From assembly GCA_964016885.1 (NCBI GenBank), contig OZ024743.1, positions 343,542,001 to 343,606,000 on the forward strand: 64,000 nt of DNA. The letters are read 5' to 3'. Below, piece by piece: positions 14,301 to 28,389 of this stretch (positions are counted from its first letter, which is position 1; each line of letters opens with the position of its first letter). Position numbers and translations under genes: made by a program. The notes under the pieces were generated by a model, which did not search any database, was not told where the DNA came from, and saw only the letters and a list, made by a program, of their open reading frames with translations. This DNA is from Eledone cirrhosa (Eukaryota).

Positions 14301-16264
14301 GTGAGGAAAGATTATATTTATAAGAAGCATCTTTCATGTCATAAAACTGTATTGCATTATAAAAACACACAAAAACTTAACTCAACTTTATATTTACCTT
14401 TTATTTCTTGGTGTGAAAATCTTTGTTGCACACTCTGCAACTTGGGCATTGTTTTGACATCATGAATTACATGATAGATGTGAAGTGGTGTTAAGTTTTT
14501 GAGTGTTTTTATATGGTTAAAATGACTCATCTACACTGTAATTGTTTTCATTTCAATACACAGTCTCAGATCAAGTCACTTGCCAGACAAGTACAACACC
14601 AAAATATACTGCTTTATGTTATAAATGTATTACCATGAAATTGTATGGTCGTGTAAAGATTATTATATATAGTCAAGAACCCAAACAATTATATGTTATT
14701 ATGAATATTACATGTCATAAAACTCTATCGTTTCATAAACCATATAGTAAAATGCTAAGATGTACAGTCTTGTAAATATTTTTACACCATTAAAGCCACT
14801 AAGTTAGCAGTATTCAGTATTAAACTATCATTCCAAAATCATTTGTTTATATGCCTCAATACAGTTTTTCTTTTTTGTGGGAGGTGTTTAATACATCAAA
14901 ACCATCCCTTAAAAAATGTACAGCTGTTTCCTATCACAATAGGTTTTATTTTTTTAGAAAAATTTTCTAATTTGGCATGCTTCTTTAATGGATATACAAT
15001 AATCATCTTTCTCTAAATGTTATAACATCTTTGAAAAGGAATATTTTTTAATCAGGATATATTAGGACTAATTTGTTGTTTATATTTTTGTACTTCATGT
15101 TTAATCTGCTTTGCTGTAAAAAAACTGTATTCTAAATATTCTACAATACTTCAAGCAAACTACAACAAACTCTCTTTTAGATTTTAATACATTTTTATAG
15201 GAAGACACCTTAATTTGTAATTTGGACAGTTTTTGATTTTGGATAAGGCACATAACTCTCCTCTACTAAGTTACAGGATAGATTTGTTTAGCTGTATAAT
15301 GTTGATTGTCTAACTGTGTAAACAAATGATGAAGTATGAGACAAGGTTAGGAGCTAATATTACAATTATCCAAGTCTTCTAGAAGCACTGACACCAAAGG
15401 TTTGGCCATATCACTTGCCAAACCAGAGATATTTATGGTATATTGACTATTCAAGGGAAATTTCCAAAGCCTGAGAAAAAGGGCCAGAAAATGACTGGTG
15501 CAGAATCGGGTCAAATGGAAGCAACACATACATTCCATTGGCCAGTAGAGGAGCTGAATAGTTCTATACATAAATTGTCATCAATCATAAACATATACTC
15601 CCAGAACATGCAAATGCCTAAATTTCTCCATTCTGTGTCCATTGTAGAAATTGTAGAAGGATTAGAGTAAGTAAAGAATAACCAAAATAAAAACTAATCA
15701 ACCTAAATAAATGACTTCCAATGATCCTAATATTTTTCACAAAAATTATTCATAAATCTTTAGAGGAAGCATCTTGTAGGTATTACTAAATAGATATAGT
15801 AGAGTTTTGATCTGGTTAGAAATTCTTTGGAAATAGAATCTACTTTCCTGTTTTTATTAATGTTTGGGAAGTCTTCAGTTTATCGTACTGGCATTGTTAG
15901 GAAAGATATTATTATTATTGTTAAAAGGGCAGTAAATAACTGAATCAGTAGAGTGTTGAACTATGTGCTTTGTTATATTTGGTTACATCCTTTTACATTA
16001 TGGTTTTCAAATTCTAATAAGGTTGACTTAGCTTTACATCCTTGTGGAGTGTAGATAAAATAAATACCAATGGAGTACTGAGGTTCATTTAAATGGCTGC
16101 ATTTCAGTTAAATTTGTGACCTTGTACCAGTGTGAGAAATTATTGAAGAGTACATTTGCTAATTAGATAAGTACCAGATTTTGACGTTATAAGTTTGTAT
16201 TCTGCATTTGAATCAACTGCTGAAAATGCTTAGTTAAGGCTTTATACATATGCAAAATATTAAT

Positions 16265-16480
16265 TTTGTGGATTGACAGTATCGGTAGAGTATTGGCCAA
16301 CATGCTTTGCAGTATATAGTTATGCTCCCTTACATTCTGAGTTCAAATCCCACCAAGATTAGCTTTTCTTTTCATCCTTACAGAGTCGATAAAATAAAGT
16401 ACCAGTAATGCACTGAGATCAATTTAATTGACTTTCTCCTTCCCTTCAAATTGCTGGCCTTGTGTCAAATGTAGAAACAA
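16265..16480 (+). mobile_element. SINE, Deu/Nin-like family
   Basis: Same motifs as 11272-11485. Confidence 0.8.
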
Positions 16481-19097
16481 TTATTACTATTGTTTTAACC
16501 TTTTTGTTAATGTGTGGACTGCCTATGAGTTTCTGTTATTTTTTAATGCAATCAAGATTTTGGAGGGATTTAATAAAATTTCTGTAACTTTATGTATTGG
16601 TGGTGTTAACTGAAATCTCAAGATATAATTCAATAAAATGAGATTCTGAACATGATTTTATGTTTTAAATATAAACACTTTAGTTCAGATGGTCAGGGTT
16701 GTGGATGGTATTAAAAGTATTTAGTTGTTTATCTCTCTTAATGTTCTGAATTTTTTTTATCTCTTTCCCTAAAATAAGTAGTAAACAAGTACTAGTTGAT
16801 TAAATCGTGTACACCCCTCTTTCTCCAAATTTATGGCAAAGTTTGAAATGATTCTGTCTTATTGCTTATTCATATCTGAATTAGATTCATAATATATAGG
16901 TTTATGTTTTACATCTTTAATTTTAATTTACTGATTTCATTCAGTTTCTTAACTGCAAAGTATTCTTCCTGTGACATTTACTAAAACATTTTGTCTGGAC
17001 ATAAAGTAACTTTGTATATAAATATTCTGTTCATTTTTATGTTCAGTATTGTTATGAAATTAACATGTAACATTTATATTCAAAATGATTAAAAATAAAA
17101 TTTTAAAAAATGACTATCAGGTAGCAAAAAGTATGAGAGAATTACTAAAATATAATTTGAGGAATATAATATTAAAGAAAAAAAAGATACTTTTATTTAG
17201 ATTCTTTTTTAATAATTTATTAATTTACTTATTTTTAATAATAATAATGACAGTAACAGAATTACGAAGCATTAGACTAAATATAGTATTTTGTCCCATC
17301 TATAATTTAAGTTCAAGTCTTACAGTGAAATTTAATTTTCATTCCTCTAGGGTTGACAAAGTAAAGTGCAAATCATATACTGGGTTTAAACTTCATTGAC
17401 TCTACATACTCCTCCTATCCCTCCTTTCCTTGTGTCATCATTTTAACTCACAAATATCTAATTTAGTACCTCAGTGCTCTGAGTTCAATCCATAACTTCC
17501 TTTCATCCTTTTGGAACAGGTAAAAATGATATCAAAATGTATCTCCTCTCCTTTAAAACAAAATACATGCCTTAGTGAAATTATCACATTCATATTAAAA
17601 TTTTATTTTATTTTCATAGCCATGAAAATGTAACAATGTAAAAAAGAAAGGAAATAGCATATTATTATGAACATGTCTTTTCTTATAAATATTATTAGTA
17701 AATAATGAATTTGGACTGTAAAGTGATGGACTAGATACATGACAGTATTTAATTTGATTTTAGGTTCAAATCCTATTGGATTTACTTTCTTCTTAACCAG
17801 CTCATAGATGCAATTATACTACTTTAAAGTAATAGCTCAACTTTGCCTATTATCTTTTCAGAGTCATTAAAATTAAATACTATTTCAGGGTGGTTGGATT
17901 AATGAAATTGGCAGAATGTTGGATGAGATGCTTTGCTATGTTTGTTCTGACACTTTTTGAATTCTGAGTTCTTGCCCTGCTGTGGCCTACTTCGGTCACA
18001 GACTTAATCCATCACCCAGTTTAACATTTTCACCTTGCCCTTGGATATCACCATTAGTGGATCTACTTTGTTGCAAGCATTCAAACCAAGTTTCTGGTTT
18101 GTGGTCACATTCCCATCTACTGACTTCCCACCAGTCATGAAGACACTTCCCTCTCTCCTTTCTGGCAGTTTTAGAGACTCTGAAAAGCATCATAGGCACT
18201 ACCCTTCCTTTCCTGATGCACTGGTATTTTGGCTCTCTTCACTCTTTCTTGCCTGCTTCATTGACACAGTTACAATGGAGCCCATGATTCTGTTCATCAG
18301 TTTTCTGGCATTTTATTATTTGTAAATGTCAATTAATGGGATGAGTCTGGAGGTTCATCTATATCTCCAGATCTTAGCAACTAAAGAAGATTGCTTGAGA
18401 GAAGTGAAAAGCCCTTGTAGTCTGTGGACAGTTAGTCATATTTGTCAAAATATACTGGATGGTTTCACTACAGAATAGTGGCAACCTTATTTAGGTTACA
18501 TGGACATCAACAACAACATCAATATCAATAAAAAGGTGAAGTCTCACAGAAGCCAATTTCGATTTTCATACTTCCAGAGAAACTTCCGTACGAGCGAGAC
18601 ACGATCTCCCGGCCATTCCCGCATCAAATGGAACAAAACCGTCTAACCCATGTTAGTGTGGAAGATGGATGTTAAATGATGATGGTGATGATGATGATAT
18701 ATGTTTGTTTATTCAAATTAGATACTGTTAAATATCTAGCTTGGAGATTTACTTTTCTGAATTCAAATTCTATTATTGTTTTTCATCTGTGTTGAGTTGA
18801 TAAAATAAGCACTAATAATATACTAGTTTAATTTTTATTAAAACAACAACAACAACAACAAAAAACAAAGTCAAGTGCATATGCTAAAACAATAATTAAC
18901 CTCATAATCAGCAGTGTGTGCCCAATGTAAATTGATTGCAGTTTCATGCATAATGGTTGAATATAGATATACAGCAGACAAATTTTTATAATTAAATTTT
19001 TAAGTTTGATCTTCCTTTCAACTTGCTTTAGTTTGTAATGTCTCCACTGAATTGTTTTACTTCTTTTATTCCTTACCATTTGTAAATCCCTATGTTC

Positions 19098-19136
<39 letters not shown>

Positions 19137-19362
19137 TATATATATATACATATACACACACACACACCCTCTGCTGCTCACCTAGTACAGTCCAGCATGT
19201 TGAACTTTTCAATTGACTTATTCTCTGTGTTTTGTGTGCGTATGTGGTGGTGAAGCAATTTTATTCATTTTTTTTCTTTTTGTTTGTTTCTCTGTTTAAT
19301 CAAGTAAGGAAATTAAATTATTGACTATTAATGCATATATATATATATATATATATATATAA

Positions 19363-19556
19363 TCTTTTCCGGGGTCCTGTATTTTCGTTGCTCTGGTAAT
19401 GCGGTCCGACTGCTATATCTGATTTGCTAAGCTGTCTGAACATAATGTTATTACTCTGGGGTCTTACCTCATCTGAGTGCTAGAGCTACAAACCGAATAA
19501 GCATACATGCTAGCTTGGCCGTATACTAGAGCTTCGTCTATGCTGTACTAAAATTT
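19363..19556. mobile_element. About 195-bp element embedded in a TA microsatellite (copy 1)
   Basis: Homologous end-to-end with 36129-36329; (TA)n on both sides. Confidence 0.75.
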
Positions 19557-21964
19557 ATATATATATATAAAGTATGCAAAAGGCAAACAGAAATAACAAA
19601 GCAAACAACATAGTACAATGAAGAAATATATTATTAGTTTTACACTTGATATAGTAGGAAAAGAGAGTCTTAACTTTTCAGATGCTAGTCCTTCTTTAGA
19701 AGAAAGAATGAGAAATTAATATATATGTGTGTAGTGTAGTGTAATTTGGTAAAGAATATCTAAAGTTGGGAGAGCATTCGATATGTGGAAAGAATTTATT
19801 ACACTAACTTATGGTGTTATTTAGGTACAATTGTTTTGCTAGAATTCTGTTCCAGGCTTTTCTGGTCTCAATGAAATATCTGAGGCCAAACGACCAAAAC
19901 AATTTTACCTAAATGACACAATCACTTCTTCTGTGATGACTGTGGGCTACTAAATCAAATAAATTGTTATGTTTCTGTGCAGAAGCCTGTCTACATATTT
20001 CATATTTTTAGTTTTGTTAGTCTCTTCTCACAGCAGTACAATACCATTTCCAGTTTTGTACAATGTTTTTGGATTTGCCCACTGAACCCCAAACCTCTCC
20101 CACTGTCTTTTCCCACCTGCATTGTGGTCTCCCTCCCAGTATTGTGTGCTTCAAGGACCCTCTTTTTTATTGCTCTATGTCTTATCACATGGCCAACATA
20201 TCCTATCTTATGTTGTTTTTTTTTTTTACATACTGTAATAGCCAATCTCTTAGAACATTCAGCTCTTCTCTGATCTCATCATTTGTGTGTTGCCTCCCCA
20301 GAGATCTCTCTATATTCTTTAATACCACATATTTGAATAAATTTATCATGCATTACTGCTTCCCATAATCTGAAATCTGAGCAGTCGTCACTTCCTCATT
20401 GAAAATCCTCAATTCCCATTTCATTGTTGTATTGTATTCTCTCTAGCCCCCCCCCCCCCCCCCCCCCCCTCCTGCTTACAAAAACTTTTAAAAGATTTGT
20501 CAGTAAAAAGTGACTATCTTCTTCAGTGGCAATGTATATCATTTTTATCCCTGAAACAATTACTGCATGGAAGAGTCATTTTACCATTTAAAAACACAAA
20601 AATGGTTAACTTTATATATATATTTTATTCCATGCCGTCAAAATTGCCATTGCACTGTCTACGATGTCGCTGACTCATTTCCACTGCCAGACAAATATAA
20701 CTTTGATATTGTGATTATCACTGTCAAAAACAGACATTTTAAGAATGCAATCAAGCATTTTATATCTCTTTCTCTATTAAATAATTTATAAACTACAAAT
20801 ATAATGAAAATGAGATTCAACTGCTCAAATTTTTATCCAGGTACACAAGTGAAGATTATAGCCAGTGAAGGCACACACTCAAAAGGGTTCATCATCTTTG
20901 ATTTAGATTTTGTTTGACATGAGTGCCTACTTTGAAGCAAGGATGTTTCTCTTATATTTGGCATTAGTATATTACAGTTAATTTTTCATTAATTAGAGAG
21001 GAAGAAAATTGAAAATAGTTTAGCAGACAGGGGTTTGAACTGGGAACAGCATTGCATACATTCAACGACTGTATAGTATGTGGTCTGGTATTCTACATGT
21101 TATACCTGCACATTTCTCTTTCCTATGATAATATATCAATTATATATTAAGGTTGTATGTTATAATAATATAATTTAATATTCTATGATAATTTAATGTT
21201 ATCATCATTATCATCATTTGTCATCTTGATATAGGTAGGGTCACGTTTTTCCATGTTAGCTACATAATATATTAACTGATTATAATCTGATAATATATCA
21301 ACATTAGTTTAATTAAAAAATACTTTAATTTCCTTACTAACCAAATTGCATGTAAATACAGTTTTTTATATATATATATATATCTTGAAAATGCATGTGT
21401 TGTTTAATTTGTTTTACTTTCCCAAATCATCAGTCACATTCACTTTTTAGATTATTATTACTATCAGAATTATTTGTAGTAATAATAACAGCGTTGGCAT
21501 CTGAGACTATAGAGACCCTGATTTATATATAACTTTAGTGTATCACTGATCTACTGCGACCTCTCCCATCCCTTTCCCAAGCTTGGTTTATGCCTTTCAT
21601 TCCTCTAGGAGTCAATGAGATAGGTACCTGTAATATCCTAAGGTTGATACAATCGACTATATTGCCTTTGTTAGAATAATTGGCTTTATCACTAATTAGT
21701 AAAAAGAAAAAAAGTAATGATGCTGTTACTTCTACCATCATCACCACCACCGTCACTATCACCATCATTACCATCACTATGATCACTATCACTACAATTA
21801 TGTATTAATGTTATACACTATCATCATTGCAGCACTGCTTTTGTTGTATCACATCACCCTTCATATCCATCTCATATTTACATTATCCTTATCATTTAGA
21901 CCCTATATTACCAAAGATCCTTTTAAATATTTAATTTGTAACAAATCTGTTTAATTTAAATATT

Positions 21965-21966
<2 letters not shown>

Positions 21967-22020
<54 letters not shown>

Positions 22021-22212
22021 CATACATTCACACATACACACAAACTGACAGGCAACCACACATGTACACACATACATACACACATGTGTGTGTGTGTGTG
22101 TGTGTGTGTGAATATCTATATATCTATATGATTATATGGGTGTGCATGTATTTATATATGCATATACATATGTTTATATATATATATGCATATACATATA
22201 TACACATATATG

Positions 22213-22268
<56 letters not shown>

Positions 22269-22270
22269 TG

Positions 22271-22323
<53 letters not shown>

Positions 22324-22357
22324 GTATGTATATATATACATATATATATATATACAT
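21967..22357. repeat. TA/CA/TG compound microsatellite
   Basis: Direct inspection. Confidence 0.95.
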
Positions 22358-22450
22358 ATGCTTTTTTGCTAATTCTCTGGTTATATGAGCTTCTTCCAAA
22401 AATTCTCATTTAATATATAGTTAAAAAATTTGGGATTAATTTTGATAAGT

Positions 22451-22476
22451 TCTCTCTCTCTCTCTCTCTCTTTCGC

Positions 22477-22507
<31 letters not shown>

Positions 22508-22568
22508 CTCTCTCTCTCTTTCTCTCTTTCTCTCTCTCTTCTCTCTTTCTCTCTTCTCTCTCTCTCTC

Positions 22569-22633
<65 letters not shown>
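22451..22633. repeat. (CT)n microsatellite
   Basis: Direct inspection. Confidence 0.98.
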
Positions 22634-22637
<4 letters not shown>

Positions 22638-25600
22638 GTATATTATTTTCAATGTATATGAATTCCGAGTTCATTCAGTTTATACACTGTAATACACTGT
22701 AAGCAGACATACTAACTTCAATTTTTAAAATATTAATAATAATACTAGTAATAGTAATAATATTAATTCTAACAACAATGGTAGTAATAATATTGCCCCA
22801 TCCAAAATAAAATATTGGACATCTTTTGAAACTTTTATTTTTATTAAACAGAATAATTTATTTAGTATTCATTATTATCGGTTTCTAACATTATTTATTA
22901 TTTTTAACTTATTGTTATTTCTATTTTCTTCCTTATGAAATTGAGAAAAAGGGACAGACAGACAAAGAGAGCTACATATCAATTCAGTAAGGCAGATTGA
23001 TAACTGGCAGAGTTGTTGGAGCACAGGACAAAGTACCTTGCAGTATTTGTTCCAGATCTCTGAGCTCTGAATTCAAATCTTGCCATGGTCAACTTTCTCT
23101 TTAATTATTTTCAGGATTGATAAAATACAAAATACCAATCCAGTGCAATGGAATGGCAGAATTGATATAGAAGGTTTGGGGATGAGATGCTTTGCGTTAT
23201 TTGTTCTGACTCTGTTTTGAATTCAAATCCTGCTGTGGCCAACTTGAGTGGTAGACTTAATCTATCCAATGAGAGTCTTTAGTAGAATCTACTCTGTTGT
23301 GTTGCAGACATTTAGACAAGGTCTCCAGTTTAAGGATACTTTCTGCCCTTTTTCCCTACCTTCCACCACTCAAAGAGACCCTGAAAAAGTTATGGGCACT
23401 GCCATTCACTCCCTGACTAAACAGTATAATATATATATATATATTGTTTATAATTTCATATTGGTCTTTCTTCAGTCTGCTGTGATTGCACTGAAGTTGT
23501 GTATAATACACATGAGTATGTGTGAGCATGTGCATGTATAGTAGGACTAGTATGTTAAGTTAGAATTAAAAGTAGTGAGCTTGAACAGACATCAAATAAA
23601 CTGGTAAATTAAGTAAGTAAAGAAACATTACCTGAAAAACAAAACTGTAGGGTAGGGTGGGTAATGAAATAACATTATTAACCTCATTGCTCTGTAGTAG
23701 CTATTTTAATTAATTTTAATGTTTTCAGTTTGTTTTGTCTTTCTTTCACGTACATATGTACATTACATAGATATTTAAAAATGTATATTCATTAACACAA
23801 CAACATATTTTTATCATATATAAATGAAATAATTTTGTTTTATTATTGTCTTTAGTTATTTGAGTTATATAACATCATAGACTAAATACATACATATATA
23901 TATATATACACATGCACACACACATATACATACATGCACACACAGGAACATTACATATTCTTATATTTACTTGTCTGTCTAAAATGCTAGGACAGAAGAA
24001 ACTGCTAATTTGGTTCAATGAAAAGTATTGTACTTCATATAATTTAATGCATAAGATATGACTTTTATATATTTTTCATTCTCATATTATACCTAAGTAA
24101 ATACATTTTACACTATCAAATACATGTATATTAGGTTTATAAAATGATGGACTGTAAAATTCAAATATTCCTTTCTAGTATATAATCCCATAGATACTGA
24201 AAATAATATTTCTATTTTCTCTAAATTATTAATATTAATTGAATTATGTCTTATTTTGGCTCTGCTATAATTATTCATCATCTCTGATTTGATAATTTTT
24301 AATTTGCCAAAAAATTATTATCTTAAAAACATTTAATTAACCTTTTAAAAATATATTTAACATATCTTTAGAGAAAAACTTTAATATTTTTCAGTTTATG
24401 AAGAGAAACATTTATTCCAAAATGCATTATTTAAAATTATATTAATTATTTAGACAATAAATTAGTCATATTTATTACTACTGAATTTAAAACATAAACC
24501 ATTTGCTATTATGTAAGATTGATTGATCAAAGTTGAAGCCAGTAAAATTTATTTGCCTTACCAAACACCACTTCTTTTTCTTACGAGCATATACTCTTCA
24601 CAGCGTAGCTTTTCTCAGAGCAGCATAATACCATTTTTTGTACTGCCATTTGAATGTGTAGGCAATAGAATAAATGCAGTAGATCACCATTATTTTCCAC
24701 ATTCACAAAGGGTGCAAATTTTGAGCTCAACACAGAGAGCCAAAACAAATACCATTAAGTACCTCAACTATCACTCTAACAATTCCACCAATCCTTTGAC
24801 TGGTATTTTATTTATCAACCCTCAAAAGGAGGAAAAGCAAAGTTGACTTTTGTGAGAATTGAACTCATCAGAGGGCCAGAACAAATACTGATAAATGTTT
24901 AATTCAAAGCTCTTATGAGCCTGCTAGTTCACTGCATTTCACAAAAACCAAACTGATAAAATTTAAATTCCTGGTCCATGTGCTGAGAGACCTGTATCAT
25001 ACCCATCTGGATATATCACTGTATTGATTGATACATTATTGCCACCATATTCCTCTTGTATGAGAGCAGAACAATTTCTATGACTAGCTTTTGGAATATG
25101 GTTAATAATTATGTTTGTATTATTCTGAGAAATTGAAGCTGTAGAAAATAAGTTTGGTCATTTTGACTATTTACTAGATTTTGGTTAGTTTATAAGATGG
25201 AACATAACTAATAGAGAAAATGTGCAGCTAATTGCATTGTTGGTCTGATTCAGTGCTGACAGGTTCAACAAAATATATTTCTCTAATTATAAACAGTGGT
25301 CTAACTGATCAAGAGGTCAGTAGCTTTAAGTATGTACTGACTTGGTCTATGATAACCCGTTGAACCCTTGCTAGCAAGAAAAACTGATGATGTTAAATGA
25401 GGATGATGATACATATGATCTGTAGCAAGGGTTCCCAAACTCATTTTGTTGTAGTGCCCTTATAAAATTATACAATTTTCCAAAATCATGGAACCCACCA
25501 TCCTAATTTTAATAAAACATTAAATGAAACAAAACTATCTTTTAAAAAATGAAAAAAAATTCATTAAATGTTATTTTTAAAAAAAATTTTTTTTCTCACA

Positions 25601-26211
25601 AAACCCCACATTTCTTTTATGGGACACTGAGATTTCCTCGGAACCACTGTTCAACGTTAATTAATTTAATGGGAAAGAAACAAATAGAGGCTCATTGAAC
25701 ATTTATTATTGTGTCTTTGATTAATACTACATCTGCTATTAATAATAATAATGTTAAAAATAATAATAATAATAATTGGTAGGTAGATAATGATGATAAT
25801 ATTTTATAATAATAATAATAATTAATAATAATAATGATAATTCGTGAAACAAATCCATAAAATATTTGTTTACTGTTATATGTAATTATGTATGTTTCTC
25901 TCCTTGTGAAAAATACATGGGGCTTTGTTAATTTTTCTTGTCCACCACTACAGCATATTTGATTAATAATATTAATTAAGTCAAGCAATGAATATTTTAC
26001 ATACATTAATTTGTGCATCCTGTATTCATAATATACAAATTTTTTTTTTTTATGAAAAAAAAAAAGTTCATTTGATTTTTTTTTTTCCTTCAAAAATTCA
26101 TTAGAGATTTGATATTTTTCGATAAATTAAGATATTTGGGTGCTTTTTTTTGGAAGCCCTATTTTTCTGACTCCTTGTCCTTTCCTTCCTTATATGGCTG
26201 TTGTCGAGCAG

Positions 26212-26298
26212 GGTCGTCTCCACGCTTTGATTCCTCACGCATCGGTTCCCCAAAGTTTGTATACCCCAATTTGGAATGGGACGATGAATTTGCCGAAG
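26212..26298 (+). CDS. DYNC1I: 87-nt cassette exon of dynein IC, (G)SSPRFDSSRIGSPKFVYPNLEWDDEFAE
   Basis: Pyrimidine tract, then gagcAG|...gccgaag|GTAGGA. Phase 1-1. PNLEWDDEF matches the PGLEWEDEF variable segment recalled from insect dynein IC. Confidence 0.9.
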
Positions 26299-26420
26299 GT
26301 AGGAACCAGTATTACCTGCCTCCCTAGTTCTTTATTCATTCTGCCTACAGTGTCGTATTTTTTTGCCATGCTTTAAAAGTCTAGCATGATTCATCTGCTA
26401 GTAACACATTCGTATCTTGA

Positions 26421-26635
26421 AATATATGTATATATATATATATATATGTATATATATACATGTATACATACATTTATATATATAAATATATATATGTATA
26501 TATATACATGTATACATACATTTATATATATATATATAAATATATGTATATATAAATATATTTATATATATATATATGTATATATATACATGTATACATA
26601 CATTTATATATATATATATATACATATATACATGT

Positions 26636-26666
<31 letters not shown>

Positions 26667-26675
26667 CATACATAC

Positions 26676-26720
<45 letters not shown>

Positions 26721-27295
26721 CATTTATATATATATATATATATACATATATACATGTATACATAATTTATATATATATATATACATACATTTATATATAT
26801 ATATATATATACATATATATATACATGTATACACACATTTATATATATATATATATATATAATATATATATATTATATATTATATATATATATTATATAT
26901 TATATATATTATATATATATATTATATATATATATATATATTATATATATATATATATATATACATTATATATATATACATTATATATATATATATTATA
27001 TATATATATATATTATATATATATATATATTATATATATATATATACATTATATATATATATATTATATATATATTATATATATATATATACATTATATA
27101 TATATATATTATATATATATATACATTATATATATATATATTATATATATATATATATATACATTATATATATATATATATTATATATATATATATACAT
27201 TATATATATATATATATTATATATATATATATACATTATATATATATATATTATATATATATATATATATACATTATATATATATATATATATAA
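26421..27295. repeat. TA-rich compound micro/minisatellite
   Basis: Direct inspection. Confidence 0.98.
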
Positions 27296-28064
27296 AATAT
27301 GAAGTAACTCTCTCTATCTATCTATCTATCTATACATTATAGTTGTGTTGACTTTGCATGTATTTTCTTCAGGAAGGTGCGTTTCTTTGTGGCAACAATA
27401 CCAGTACACATTACACAAACATGCTAAATTCATTTGTTTTGTAACCAATTTTTTTTTTGGTTAAATTTAACAACATTCTTCCCTTACCCATCTCTTTTTA
27501 TTCTCTTTTGCTCTTTCTTACATACACATACACAAATAAAATTTACACTCCTAAATAACACCCCCTTATAATAAACACATGTTAGCTTCTATATATACAT
27601 GCATACATGCTTGTGTATATTTGGATGTGTTATTGTTTTTTGAAATGTTAAAAAAAAAGAAGAAAAAGAAAACAAAAGCCAATTGCAAGACAAACAAAAC
27701 CCAACATTAAATGTTTTATGAACAAATACATGGCCCTTCCCTGACTTCTTTGCCAACTAAAAAAACAAAATGAAAAAAAAGAAAGCCAACCTACCCACTC
27801 TTGAAGTCCACTAGCTTTGCGTTTAATAATAATAATAATAATAACAATAAATATATCAAGACACTTTGTTTCTTTCCTTTTTTTTCTCGCCTTTCACTCC
27901 CACTCCAAAATCTGCAAGATTTAATAAAAGTTGTTGCTATAAATTTAGTGCTAATTAACTAAATATATCTATATTTATATATATACTTGTATGTATATTT
28001 TAAAAGACTAAAGCAAATTGCAAAACAACAGCAACAAAAGCTGCTTTCATTTAATGCGATGCAG

Positions 28065-28100
28065 GCTTAAGCCGCCTGCGACTTCACTTGGCATTGGACA
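28065..28100 (+). CDS. DYNC1I: Candidate 36-nt cassette exon, (G)LSRLRLHLALD. An alternative in-frame donor after 28133 would give 69 nt.
   Basis: GC-rich island in an AT-rich intron: gctgctttcatttaatgcgatgcAG|...gaca|GTCTGT. Both possible donors keep phase 1 but both are weak. GCATG/TGCATG motifs at 28126-28140. Confidence 0.4.
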
Positions 28101-28346
28101 GTCTGTTGTTGCCTGGACATGATTCGCATGACAGTGCATGCTTTATGGTTTTGGAGATGATAGAAATTTTTTTTTTTGCTTGTGCGTATGTGTGCGTATA
28201 TATATACACACACACACACACACATATATGTGTGTGTGTGTGTATACATGTATGTATATATATGTATTTATATATACATTTGTGTATATTCACATATATA
28301 TATGAATGTATGTTTTAAAGTTTATTTTTTATTATTTATCTTCTGT

Positions 28347-28389
<43 letters not shown>

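Noticed and set aside
18912-18926. 12/15-nt in-frame unit after CAGCAG
   Set aside because: No polypyrimidine tract and only a modest donor.
23476-23515. 40-nt AG..GTATGT unit starting tctgctgtgat like exon 45746
   Set aside because: It shifts the frame, and the similarity to the real exon is only 11 nt.
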